This document shows, one piece after another, positions 10,729-23,237 of a stretch of 64,000 nucleotides of DNA. Under the pieces are notes generated by a model. That model was given only the letters and a program-made list of their open reading frames with translations. It searched no databases and was not told the origin of the DNA. The number at the start of each line of letters is the position of its first letter. Position 1 is the stretch's first letter. Source of the stretch: Vitrella brassicaformis CCMP3155 (taxonomy: Eukaryota; Protista; Chromerida); assembly GCA_001179505.1 (NCBI GenBank), contig CDMY01000275.1, forward strand, positions 124,001 through 188,000, written 5' to 3'. A program made the translations under genes and the position numbers.

Positions 10729-13700
10729 TCATTCATGCTCATCGACAGTGGGCGGGAGCCTCAGCTCCTTCTGCGATAGGCTGTACCCCGAGAGGGACTG
10801 GCGGGTGGAGGTAAGCAGCGCGGAGCTCCTCCTGGCCTGGCCGGCCTTGCTGTTGGGCTGCTGGCCGCCCATGATCCAGTTGATTATGCGCTCTTGGTCG
10901 ATGATGGAGCTATGGCGCTTCGAACGGGTGGCCTTGTCCAGCTCCTGGAACACCTGCACTCGCTTGTGCGAATCAATGCCTGCACCACGGACGGGAGACA
11001 CATGTGCATGCCAGCCAGCGTGTTGGGTTGGTCGGCCATATGTGTGTGCCGTGCCACACCTACCGCCTTTGTCTGACTGGTAAGAAGTTTCCTGCAGTTG
11101 TTTCCGCATGAGTCTGAGCCTCTGGATGGATATCTCGGCCATCACATGCTCAACCTCCGGATAGTGACGCAGAATCTACATGACACAAACACAAACAACA
11201 CAGCGAGAGAGACAGTCGGCTGGGTAAGTAAGGTAAGCAGTGCTCACGAATTGGAAGTCTTCTCTTTTGGCGGCGAAGAGGACAGTGGGCTCAGCCGCCA
11301 CGGCAGCGAACGGCTGGCCTGTCAACTGTCAAATGCACGCACAGCACAGCACAGGGGACACCAGAGACCTTGCGCTTGTGTGTGTGTGTCTCTTTGTCTT
11401 CGTCTCTCTGTGTGTGTGGCAGGCACGTCAAGGAAGAGTCCCTCATCTCCGAAGATGGATCCGGCTGATAGGAGCAGCGATACCGCCTGGTCGCTTTCGA
11501 GCCAATCGAAGGAACCGATGTCTCGCCACAGCACACCTCGCCTGACAGACAGTTGGTTGACACAACACACAGATACTGAACTGACTGGATCACGTCACGG
11601 AGGAATGCACTAACTGCACCCACAGGCTGGGTGACTTGACTGACCTCGATAGTGATTTGCAGTCTTGGTCCACCAAAGGGATCAGCAGCTGAACGACACC
11701 TGCATCAACTCAACGCATGGTCCGCACATATCAGTCAATGTGTGTGTATGTCTCCGTGTCAAGCAGTGCTGCGTGGCTGGACTGGATGTCGGGCACCCAC
11801 CAGAGCTGATCAAGTAGATGTATTGTGATATCTCATGTTGGTGGTGGATGACGTCACCGGGCAAGAACACAGTGCGCTCCAACACGGGCACCAGACTCGT
11901 CACGAACCCTGGGTCGGCTCGCTTCAGCACGGGAGACACCTGCAGCCAGCCATGCCACCCACGCTGCATACACTACTTCCCGTGCGTATGGTATGCGACA
12001 ACGCACCCACCTCACCTCAATGAGGGGTGCGCATATGTGCAGCTTGACCCTTTTACAGAGTGCAGGCGAGAGGTTGCGGAGTATTCTATCCTCACTCTGG
12101 GACAGAACGTTCTTCTCGTAAAAGTACTCCAGCACTTGCTGCACACCCAATACACCCGCCAAACAGACAGACAAGCAAGCACACAAATGCAGCTCAGCTC
12201 TCCTGCTGTCTGTCTGTGCGTGTCTCTGGTATCTGTTTCTTGCTTCTGCAGGCACCTTCTGCAGGTCTTTCGGGACCTTCAAGTGCTTCATGTACTGCTT
12301 GAGATCCTCCAGCTTGGAATAGAACATGTGTGTGGTGTTGTCCATGTTGGTCAGCAGCGCCGCCACAGTACCTATCACCACGGCAAACAGCGAGGCACCT
12401 GAGACATATACCACACCCACAGAGACACCATTGCACCGCTTCACTTGACCGCTGTTCATGGTGCTCTGTATGTTAGCTTCCTCCCTGCCTGACCGACAGA
12501 CCGATGAGCATGGAGGCAATGACCACCCACGCCTCGTCCACATTCCGAGGCGGACCCGTCTTCCCTACAAGCCAGCCAAAAACCGACACACACAGAGTAG
12601 AGTGCACATTACATTAACGGATGGAGAATGGAGAGATAAGTGCCTGCCTGCTGTGAGCGTCTGTCTCTTTGTTTGTGTACCAACCGTATCCGATGCAGAG
12701 CATGAGGCTGAGCGCCTTGAAGAGCGAGAAACTGTACAGCTCAGATGTGGGCCGGCAGAGGGGGTCCACGGGGTTGCCCACTTTCCTGCTGCAGTGCGAG
12801 GAGCCGTCTCGCTGCGCGGCTGTCACCGTCTCCCCCTGCATGATCCAGCTGTCATCCGGGAAGTCCGCCAGTCTTGTTTGGAAGAAGGCCAGGCAGGCGC
12901 TCCAGTGTGCGAACAGCATCAGCACAAACAGGTACTTGATGACTTGCAGCACCAGAGACGAGGCCAGCGTCGAGAAGCGCTGCAGCGACCGGGCCATTCT
13001 GGCGATGCGCATGAGCTTGGTCAGGCGAATGAGCTTGAGCATCCGGAAGGCCCGCGATGCCGAGTAGGTGTGGTAGATGCTGCTGCTCTCGTCTCCGCTG
13101 GCGGCCAGCGTGAGGATGGTGAAGATGACATCGAAGGGAAAGGACGCCACCAAGTCGATGGCGAAGTAGTTGCGCAGGTAATATCTCGACGTCTCCCGCA
13201 CGGAGAGGATCAAGATACCATCCTGCTCAAAACCAGTCCTGCATTGGCCGACACACACACACACACAGAGATGGGCACGCGGACCTCAGATGTACTCTCG
13301 CAGATGGACAGCTCACATGAAGTTGAGAACGAGGTCGGTGCAGAAGCAAACATCGATGACGAGGAGGAAGATTTTAGCAATGGACAGTTCGGGCCACTCG
13401 GGATAGTAGAGGCCAGGCACGCCCCCGTGGCTCTCGAGGTCGTCCTCCCCCTGCAGGAAGCTGATTGAGAAGGGGGTGTAGAAGACAGACACGAGGGTCA
13501 GGACGATGATGACACAGTCCCACGTGACGCGGAACGTCGACGCGGGGTGGATGGCGTCCTCTATGCCATCCTCCCCCTCCGCCGTGGCCTCCTGAAGGGA
13601 CACGCCCCACAAGCGGCGGGATATGCCTGCACAAACACACGCAGCCTCGTTCACGCTGTCACGCGTGCTGTCTCTCCTGATTGCGCCGTGAGTGTATGCA

Positions 13701-13840
13701 CCTGATAGGGACCGGTCGTAGGAAGTCTTCGACTCGTGTCTGGCTTTGGCCATGTCGTCGTCCGCGTCGAAGCTGTCATCCTCCTCTTCCTTGCTCCCAC
13801 TCGACGCTTCAGCACCTGAGAGGTCACGCTCAGGCTTCAT
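10729..13840 (-). CDS. HCN/CNG-like voltage-sensor cation channel with C-linker and cyclic-nucleotide-binding (homology) domain
   Basis: S1 IHPASTFRVTWD, S4 RAFRMLKLIRLTKLMRIAR, pore ALSLMLCIGYG, C-linker (KLEDLKQYM...VLEYF...LSPAL), CNBD (FLPGDVI...IYLISSG...FGDEGL). Confidence 0.9.
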
Positions 13841-13934
13841 CTTCTAGAGATAGCAAGGCGGGGAGGGAAGCTGGGAGGGAAGGGTGGGCTCCGAGACGTA
13901 AATTCAATTCAGGGGGCGGGGACTCCCAAGTGGG

Positions 13935-16900
13935 ATGGGCAATCAGGAGAGCGTGACGGTCCCTCCTCCTCCCCTTGGCGAGGAGAGCATCGACAAGGAG
14001 CTGCGTCAGCACCATGGTGAGTCCTCATATCGAAGCGCGGCATCAAACTCCATGTGCTGCCTTGCAGTCCTCATATCGAAGCTGCAGCTGCTGCGCCTCG
14101 ACACTTCCAGACTGGACCAAGAGGCCCGAGATGTGTGGAGATCTGCCAAGAAAGATAGGTACCACTTGGAACTCTCGGCCTCTCTGTTGATGATAGATCT
14201 GCCACAGGAACGAGAATCTGCCCATGGCAGAGCTCAAAAGCATCACCCAGACACTGACCAAAGTACGGTCCTGAGAAACGGCGCGCACAACCAAAGGGGG
14301 CGAGGTGTTTTGATGTGCTCTGCAGGCTTTCCGTGAGGTTCTTGTGTTTGGCGCCAGCACCGTCCAATGATCGGCCCCAGCAACCAAGCCCTGTGCGGTG
14401 TGGTGTGGTGTGGTGTGGGTGTGTGTGCGCAGGCTGCGAGTCGGCTTCGGAGCAGCAGGAGATATGGGAGGCCTTCGAAGAGACGAGCCCGTACTGCGAC
14501 TACATCACCCTGCCCGAGCTCAAGGTAGGAAACATCATCAGAAGTGGATGGATGGATGGATGGACAGCATTTGTGTGTCTCCTTCTTCAGGAGTATCTGC
14601 ATAGAGTGACCGTGCTCATCCTGCGGGCGCTGACCAGACGGGCAGATGAGCTGGTCGGTCCGCCAACAGACACACCCCACACACCTCACCTCTTCCTCCA
14701 TTCTGTGCGATGCGATGTTATCTCTCCAGGAGCGGCAGCTGCATTCATCTATGCGACCGGATGAGCCCCTGCACTCCATGCCCTCTCCGGTAGCTTCGCC
14801 CGTCGAGAGCCCCTTCGGTCTGCCTCCCCCCTCCCAGCCCGCCGTCACACCCCCCAGCACCCAATGGAAGGAGTCACTCCTGTCCTATTCATCGCGGACC
14901 CTCGAGGAGCCACTAGACGGGTTCCTTTATGCAGGGCGGCTCATCGTCAGCACGGCGTCGGCCAAAGGGGTGGGTGGGTGAAGAGATTGCGGGCCTTGTT
15001 GTACTGTAATGTGGGTACTGTGCAATGCGGGCCATGAATGGCCTACATTGCATGGCATGGTTACTCATTTGAGGTGCAGGTTGGCGGGCACATGCCGCTG
15101 GTTGAGGTGCGTGTGACCGAGGGATACCCCAAGACACAGGGGCGGCACGATGGTGGCCCCACCACCACCACCACCGTACAGGTCCGTCCCCCCACGCACA
15201 GCACATGCATGCCGGCTGGGCTGGGCTGGGCTGGGCTGGATGTGTCCTGTCCACCTACCCCGTCTCGTTACGCAGGATTGCCTGGCCCAGACAACGTTGG
15301 GCGGCAGTCTGACGCTGGCCATCCCTAGAGCCCTGTCGAAAGCACAATTTGCCAACTACTGGATTCTCATATCAGTCAGTGCTTACCAGACTGAAAGAAA
15401 GCACTGCTCTTACCTGCACGCGACTCTGGTCCCCATTCGTCTTCAGGTGTTGGATCTCGATGTGGGCCGTAGGTTAGCCGTGTCGATGGGGGATGCGGTG
15501 CTTCCGCTGGGGACCGCCGTACAGAAGGGCATGGTCAGTCAGCGCTGCCATTGCACCGCTGCTGTGATCTCCGCTACAATTGTATGTGCGTATCTGTGTG
15601 GCGGGGTCAGGAGACACACGATGGCTTCGAGGAGGGGCGTGAGGAGTATGCACCTGAGACGCTGGCGGTGCCTGTGCAGCCAGCTCGTGGTCACGAGGGC
15701 CTCATTGCGGGGGCCAAGCTGGACCTGCACTTCGTGTATCAGCCAGCTGGTAAGCCCCGCCGGTGCAGCATCCATCCATCCATCCATCCACATATCTATC
15801 TGGTTTCTTTCTGTGTCCAGAGTCGGCTGTGAGTACCTCTGGGGGTGTTGGCGAGAGCGGCGAGAGGGTCGATGCGGCAGAGGTGAGTGCTTATCGACGT
15901 GAGCACTGTCAATGGCGGAGCGTTGGTCGTGCCTTCTGGTCACATCCAGGCTGGTGTAGTCAAGCCCCAAACTGACACCACCGAGGCAAACGGCAGAAGA
16001 ACGGGTTGGTAGCTTGCTGCCACAGCGCCACACATAAAGCTTCCGTTGTCGGATGACATCAATCATCGCAGGCTCGTATCGCATCGTGGTGTCGGCGCTA
16101 TCGGACTTCCCAATGTCTGAGGATCACGATGCCGACTACAAATACCTCATGGCCGTAGGACGCGGGCACCCACACATGCAGAAGGGCTCATTCGGGAACG
16201 TCTGTCTGTATGTGTGTCTGTCAGTCTGTGTCTCTGATGTGTGGGATGCCCCCCGGCTACGCCACCATCGGGTCGGCGGCGTATACCAATGTTCAGTGGA
16301 AGGCACCACTCGTCGAGTGGTACGTGCAGACTGAGTGACATAAATAAAAGTGTCGCTGTCGACCGCACGGCTCTCACGTCAAGTCATGTTACCAGGCCGG
16401 ATGCGTTTGTGTTGCGGTACACCCAGCCGCCCCAACTTCTGTGGGTCAACGTAGAGGTGGGCTCACACACACACTGGTTATCTTGACGGACGGTGTTGGT
16501 GGATGTGGCGGCGCAGGTGTACGAGGCGACGAGTGGCGGCCTGTGGGGCGACAAGACCCACGCCCACAACCATGGGGAAAGCACGCCCATGCCCCCCCGG
16601 CCCATCGCACAGACGCTCATTCCCATCGCATACATTACCAAACACACGGTCGGGTCGGTAGGTCATCGGTGTGTCAGTCATGTCAGCAGCAAGTGCTGCG
16701 GCGTGGCGTGGCGCGGCGTGTGTGTGATTCTCTGGTCCGGCCGGTACATGTGGTGTGTATGGTGTGCAGGATAGCCAGACGTGCACGCTGCAGCTGAACC
16801 AGCACCCTGCCGCCCACCGCGACATCGACCTGTCAAAGACCACCTGCGACATACACATCAAGCCTACCACTGGTCGGGCGCCTGACAATAGAGCAAAACG

Positions 16901-18137
16901 ACACACAGAGACGTGGCATCTCCTACTTGTCTGTCTCCCTGCAGACAATGGGGCTTCCCGTGTTGATGGAGTGGTAGCTGAGTCGTCGACGGCCGCCCGT
17001 GGGCCCAAACACGTTCTGATCATGGCACCGCCACCAGCAGTGCCGGCATCGGCCCCCACCGGCAGCAGCACCGACGGCCAACACACACAGAGTAGCCTGC
17101 AGCTGACCGGGTAGAATACACCGGGATGGAGGAATTTCAACGCACAGTCAGTCACATGGACGTCATTTCACCCGGCCGGCTGTGTGTATTGTCTGTCGTC
17201 AGTTCGTTTGGTAGTGGTAGCACGGTGCCTAGTGTGAGCCTGTTCCACGAGCTCACTGACGCCAGCACTCTGCAGGCAACCAAGAAGGCGCTCGAGGTAC
17301 GCGCCAACCCATGCAGCTCTCCTCTCTAGCCTGCACACAAATGCTGTGCTGTGCTGTGCCGTGTTGTGCTGTGTTTTGTGTCTCGTAAGGTGGATGGCGT
17401 TCTGTGTCTGGTGTGCACCACCCACGAGACGGGCCCAGAGGAGAGGTACCTCTTCCTCACACACAAACACGATGCCGTCGTGCTGGTGCCGCCTGAGGAG
17501 CGGCTCACATGGTCAGTGAGTGGCGGGGATGGGATGGTGGGGTGGCTTGCTTGTGGATGGATGGATGGATGTATGTGATTTCTTCAGGCGTGGGGGTTGG
17601 CTGCCGTTTGTGGACAGGGGGACAGTGCGGCTGGACATCGACACCGACACACTCATACAAATACAGGTCGGTCGGTACGGAGGGAGGCACATACATACAC
17701 ACACACACACATCGTCAAGGTGTGTATCTCCGCCCCTGGCTGCGCTGCTTGTGTCCCGTCATTTAGTGGGGCGCCCACAGTGAGTTCCTGGCCAAGTGTC
17801 CGCCGACAGGCTGCCCCGCCCCCGACAGGTAGCCGGGCAAATCGATGCTTTTCAACTGTGTGTGTGTGTGTGTGTGGTGTTTGTGAGGGTGATGGTGCTC
17901 AAGTACGCGGGCGCCTTCTGCTGCGTGGCCTTCCAAGACAAAGAGACAGCATTAGCCGTAGCACAGGTAGGTACGGAGGGAGGGAGGGGTGGGGGGGCGG
18001 GGTGGGGGAGAGACATCTGGGTGCGGTCGGTGCATTTGCTTGTTTCTGTCGGTCGGTGCTTTGTTTGTTGGTTGCCATCCATCCATATAAATGTGATGTG
18101 TGTGTGTGTGCAGGTGACTGAGATGCTCCGCAAATGA
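13935..18137 (+). CDS. Large multi-exon protein with N-myristoylation signal, EF-hand-like helices and C2-like domains
   Basis: Starts MGNQES. Spliced segment LPMAELKSITQTLTKAFRCESASEQQEIWEAFEETSPYCDYITLPELKEYL. C2-like strands (WPDAFVLRYTQPPQLLWVNVEVYE; VLDLDVGRR..MGDAVLPL). Several junctions are uncertain, and it could be two genes. Confidence 0.6.
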
Positions 18138-20092
18138 CCGGCTGACTGACTGACTGACTGACGCGGACGCGTAGCGCACTGCAGGCAGATCTGATCAATC
18201 TACGTGTGTGGGTACATGTGTTGGTTGACGTGACGTGACGGGTGTGTCCAGACTTGTCATCTTGCAATGCATTCATGTGATGTGATCGGTCAACGTGGTG
18301 TCTTGATTCAGTCAGAGATTGATTGATCGGCCAGCCAGCGGTCCGTCACACACCGCCCACCCCACCCCCCACACGCATCCAGACGCATCGCATCTTCATA
18401 TACACGAACACCAACCATCCAAACACGCAGACACGAACCAACACCATGCAATCAATGCATATGTATATTCCATCAAGGCAGAAGCACCGAAAGGAAGAGT
18501 CTCTGTCTGTCTGTCTCCGGAAAAAGGCCGAAGGACGATTGGGTCATTCATCTGCGGACGGGCCGTGGGTATGTATGTATGTATGTACAAAATGACGATC
18601 GACGTGTACATCACATCACATCACATGACATCACATCACATCGATGATGCTGTAATTACATATCAGGGGGAGAGGGAGGGGGAGAGGGAGGGAGAGAGGG
18701 AGGGAGGGAGGGAGGGAGGAGCCCGTGCAGCAAGAACGAACGTGTCCTTATGATGGCATGGCCATCACGGACAATTACACACATACACAAATGGCGAGGA
18801 TTCATTCGTCGGCCCAGCCACAGACCTGTGTGTGACTCCCGGCCCCCGGCTTCAAGCACAAATACACACAACGAGACAGACACCCTTTTCACGCACACGC
18901 ACATCCGCACGGCAAAATGGTCAGAAAAAGCCTGCAGGCCACACAGGCACGAACCCTCACTGCCACCTTAATTAATTGTGTGCCGGCTCGCTGTCTGGCT
19001 GCTTGCTGGGCGGCTGTGTGTCACAGCCTCGGTGAATGAGTTCTCCCGGCCCACCCCCCGCCCAACACGCATACACACACGTAACATGCACATGCATCAT
19101 GGGTAGCTGTACCACGCAGGTCGAGCGCTAAGCACAGCGCCATCGATTGCCTGCTTCAAGCAGGCAAAACGCGAAACCAACAAACTCTCTCCCCCCATGT
19201 GTGTGTGGGTGTGTGGGTGTAGTCAACACGTGTGCACTCATCGATAGCGGAGTCGCCTGCGGCGCCTCGGCCTCTCCCCGTCTCCATCTTGCTCTTGATC
19301 TCCATTGGTGTTCATGGTGTAGGCCACCGGTGGTTCCGGCTCGTCCGCCACATGATGGATCTGCACACACACACACAGAGAAAGACACACACACACGCAA
19401 AACAGAGCAACAGAGAGCAGAGCGTGAGGAAGAGATGGGAGGTGGGTGGAGTGAAATTTGTATGTATGGGATTGGAATGGAATGTGTGTTTGGCCAGAGA
19501 GAACCAACGGCTGTTCAGAGCACGAGTACACACATACAAGAGAATGGTGGGTCCAACAACCGTACGTATGTCACAAAACGCACATCCATCCCGCCCGTTG
19601 ATTGACAAAACGACTCACTTTGTTTTTGCATCCCTTGCAATCCATGGACCCACGCCTACCTACACACAGCTAAATGCACGCGGGGAGTCAGTCAGCGACA
19701 CAAAACCCCACGGGGGTGGATGCCCTTGCCCTTCACCGTGCAGAAAGGCTCCATCTAAGATGAGAGTGAGTATGGACATACGCACGCACAAGTACTTATG
19801 TATGCGGCTCTTGGAGCCGCTTGGGTGCACGGCACGGGATACACCAGACGGCCTCCCAACGGGAGAAGGGTTCTCTCCGCCACGCCAACACGCACACGTC
19901 TAATTCCCGTACACAACCATTCTTCATGGGAGCAACAACACAACCGGTCGGCTGGTTGGCCCATGAGTGAATGGTCCGACTAAAAACGCATTCGTATACA
20001 GGTAGGTAGGCCCTGTCTTTCTCTCCGTCCATTGATTGATAAACAATCTCTCTCTTGTCTGACTTTGTCACTCACTCCCCAACTCACTGTTA

Positions 20093-22558
20093 TCATAAAG
20101 CAGCGCACGAGCCACGCATGAGGAGAGCAGCCACAACCCACGCACACAGAAACGACCACCCCAACGGACCGAGTGCCCCCCTACTGGCCCCTGATGGTAC
20201 TGACGGGATGGACGGGATGTGGGTGTGGGCTGATGGGATGTGTGTGTCGCCTGTCTGAGGGAGTGTGCCTCTCTGCGCGCACTGGCTGCCGTCAACGCAT
20301 CTCACCAGCAGGATTTCTCCGCTCTTGTCAGATGACATGTACAGCCGCCCCTACACACAACCACACCACACAATATCATGGCCAGTCCATCTGTGTGCGC
20401 ATTGCGTTGGCTGCTTACGTGTTTGTCGAAGACGACATCGACAGGCCTCATGTCGGTGGGCCATTCGGCGCCCCGAGTGTCGGCCCCTTCCCTCCTGAAG
20501 AACTCCTTGATGTCGCCACGCGGCATCCCGTCCACACGCATCGGTATATGGATGATCTACACCCACACCACACCACAGCAATACAGCCCCCCGAAATGGT
20601 GGCCCTCTCCCTGGCTCTGTCTCACAGAGAATCCGACGGCCACAGGTCGGTTCCAGCTGCCGTGTAGAGCAACGAAGATGTCCCCATACATGGAGCACGG
20701 GAAGGCCGTCTGGTCCAGTGGGTACCTCAGACCGCCGTCAGCTGTCCCATCGCCATCGCCATCGCCAGTGGTGTTCCTGATGGTGCCTGTATCGCTGTAG
20801 ACGGGGTTGGCGTAGTGGATGGAGCCGTCGAGCGCTGCGCAGGGGGTGGATGGGTACCGCTCGCCGAAGAACTCCAGGCCGAGTGGTGCTGTGTGCGCCT
20901 GCATGAGAAGACGGGGCCTCACGTTATTGCCGGGGTCGCGGCACCACTCGTCGGAATACTCATCCGAGAACGATGGATGCACCCTGCAATATATCGCATC
21001 CATGACATGACATGACAGGAGACATGTATGGGATCTGTTGTCAAGGGTGTAGTGTGCATGCGTGCTTTCGTGGGTTGCATTGCAATGGCCCAGCATACCA
21101 TTGTGTGCCTTCGCCCCTTCCTGTGTCAAGGTTCCCTTCGGACCAGCACTGGGGGTATCCGTAGAAGCTGATCAGTCAGTCACATCACACAGGCAGACAG
21201 AAGCACCCTTGACGGACATATCATTCATTTCCACATGAGAGTGCGTGAGGGTATATCGGGTGTGCTGTGCTGTGCTGACCTTCCTGCCTTCTCCTCAGGA
21301 AAGTCATTCAGCTCCTCACCAGGATTGTCTGCCCACACACGCACAGCAGGCACCACGGACAGGCATCGCATCCATGGACTTCCCTGCCTCTCTCTCTCTC
21401 TCTCTCTCTCTCTAGCCCACCTTCATGTATGTCGCCTCCCAGGTCTTCCACGAACAGGTTGTCCATCCCATTGTTGACCCCCCACATCTTGCCATCCAAG
21501 TCCCACGCGATCCCCACCGTGTTCCGCAGCCCGTCGGCAAAGACATACCCATCCGCAAAGTCCATCCCTCCCTCTGGCTCAACGGTCTCCCGCATCATGT
21601 CCTCCGCACTAAACCGCCTTATGCGAGCTCTGTAGGAGGACCTGTCGAGGTTGCCGCGAGAGCCGATCGACACGTAGAGGGTGTTGTCGCGGTCGTCACA
21701 CAGCAGAGTACGCGTGTGGTGTCCCCTCGGCGCCCCGCCCGAGCCGTCGGCGTTGACATTGGTGATGACGACCTGCCTCCGGTCGTCATCGAGAGGCTCG
21801 CGCTGGCCAGCAGTGTACGGCCACCTGTACACCTGCGGGACTCACAGCACAGCAGCGTGTTAGTCACTGCACTGCCGTCCTTTTGTCTGTCTCTTTGGCG
21901 TGTGGGTCAGTCACCTCACCTGGCTGTCACTGCTGGCAAACAGATAGTCGCCACACACAGCTATCCCTGCAGGTCAAGTGGGTAGACACAAGTGGACGGA
22001 AGGAACGCGCCGATACAGATGCACATACACCTCCCCCATTGGAAGCTTACCGTGTGACAGCGCCAAATCGCCAGCGAAGAGCTCAACTCGCTCTGTCACG
22101 TTATTCCGCTGCACAGACAGACAGACAGACAGGGCAGAGACACAATTCATTGCAAAACGTGTCGCCACACCGCATCCGATGTCCGCTCCTGACCGACCAA
22201 GTCGTTATCGTCGTCCCACATGGCGATGATCTTGCCACTCCGCCTCCCTGTGCGATCCACAACAAGTAAAGTTTCTCCACTCTTTGCAGACATATACAGA
22301 CCACGCGGATCGCTGCACACACCAACACATTCACAAGAGATCCAGGCCAAGACCGATGCATGTCCAAGTGCCATGTGATGCCTACACGAGGTCAAAGTTA
22401 AACAGGCACGCCTCGAATCCTTTCGGCATCTCCGCCTCGGGATATTTCAGACACCCGCGAACCGCAAGGTCTTCGAGCGCAAAGCCGGAGCTGGGCGTCG
22501 ACAGCTGCGATTGGACCCGGGCAACCAGCAAGGAGAACGCCACTAAACAGAGCCTCAT
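20093..22558 (-). CDS. Secreted, probably GPI/TM-anchored glucose/sorbosone dehydrogenase (PQQ-dependent beta-propeller, AA12-like)
   Basis: Signal peptide MRLCLVAFSLLVARVQS. Motifs DPRGL, LSHGIAV..DYLFASS, HHTRTL, LYVSIGS, FADGLRNTVG, DNPGEELN, FYGYPQCW, AHTAPLGLEF, ALHGSWNR, RPVDVVFDKHGRLYMSSD. Hydrophobic C-terminus after a Pro/Ser linker. Confidence 0.9.
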
Positions 22559-23237
22559 AGGGGCGCCAAGAAACCCATGCGTCCATCTCACGAGAGCCCG
22601 ACTATCCGTTGAGTGGGCACATGCATGGCGACGCCGGCAGCTGGACATGTGGGTTCCCTCCCCCCGCTTTGCTGCGTCCGGTGCGTCAGACTCCTGGCTT
22701 GGCACAGGCCGGCGAGATCTGGCAGCTGCAACGGTCGGATGTGGCAGATTCGCATGAGAGCTGTTACAGATGGGTGACACTGTGGTGGCGCTGCAAGGCA
22801 TCGGTTGGGCTACAACACAGGTCAGACAAGGCAAAAGGACGCGAACGAGTGGGGAGCGCCGATCTTCCCACTCCTTGCGAGCTTAAGCCCGCAGAGGGGA
22901 CTGGGGGAAGAAAGGAGAGGGGAAGGACAGGGGCGCTGGCGCTGAAGCAGGAGCAACAGCGGCCGTGGCTCCATCTGTGGAGGGACATTCTCAGGGTCGA
23001 CCAGACAGGCAGCTTCAGGCAGAGGGGCCAACACCGCGGCTGCCCGGGCTGATCGCCGCACGGAGCGGAGGCGGCCATAGCCCCTTCTCAAGCGTCCGCG
23101 TCCGTCGCTGCTGAGTGGCGGAGGCCATCGCTGAGTGGAGGCACTGCCTGCTCGATCCCCAAGGCTCAACAAAGGGCAGCAGTGCTGCCCGGTCTGTTTT
23201 GATCAAGTGCGTCGCAGTTCGTGTGGTGTGACTGACG

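Noticed and set aside
17112-17114. In-frame TAG in the EF/C2 gene, initially resembling the TAG cases at 50-51 kb
   Set aside because: It is preceded by CTGAC and a CA-rich tract, with in-phase GT donors upstream (17013, 17040). An ordinary intron ending at this TAG explains it.
18138-20092. Long tail-to-tail intergenic region (also 26737-29329) as hidden genes, mobile elements or CRISPR
   Set aside because: Only simple repeats are present. I found no spliceable coding chain, terminal repeats, transposase/RT motifs or repeat-spacer periodicity.
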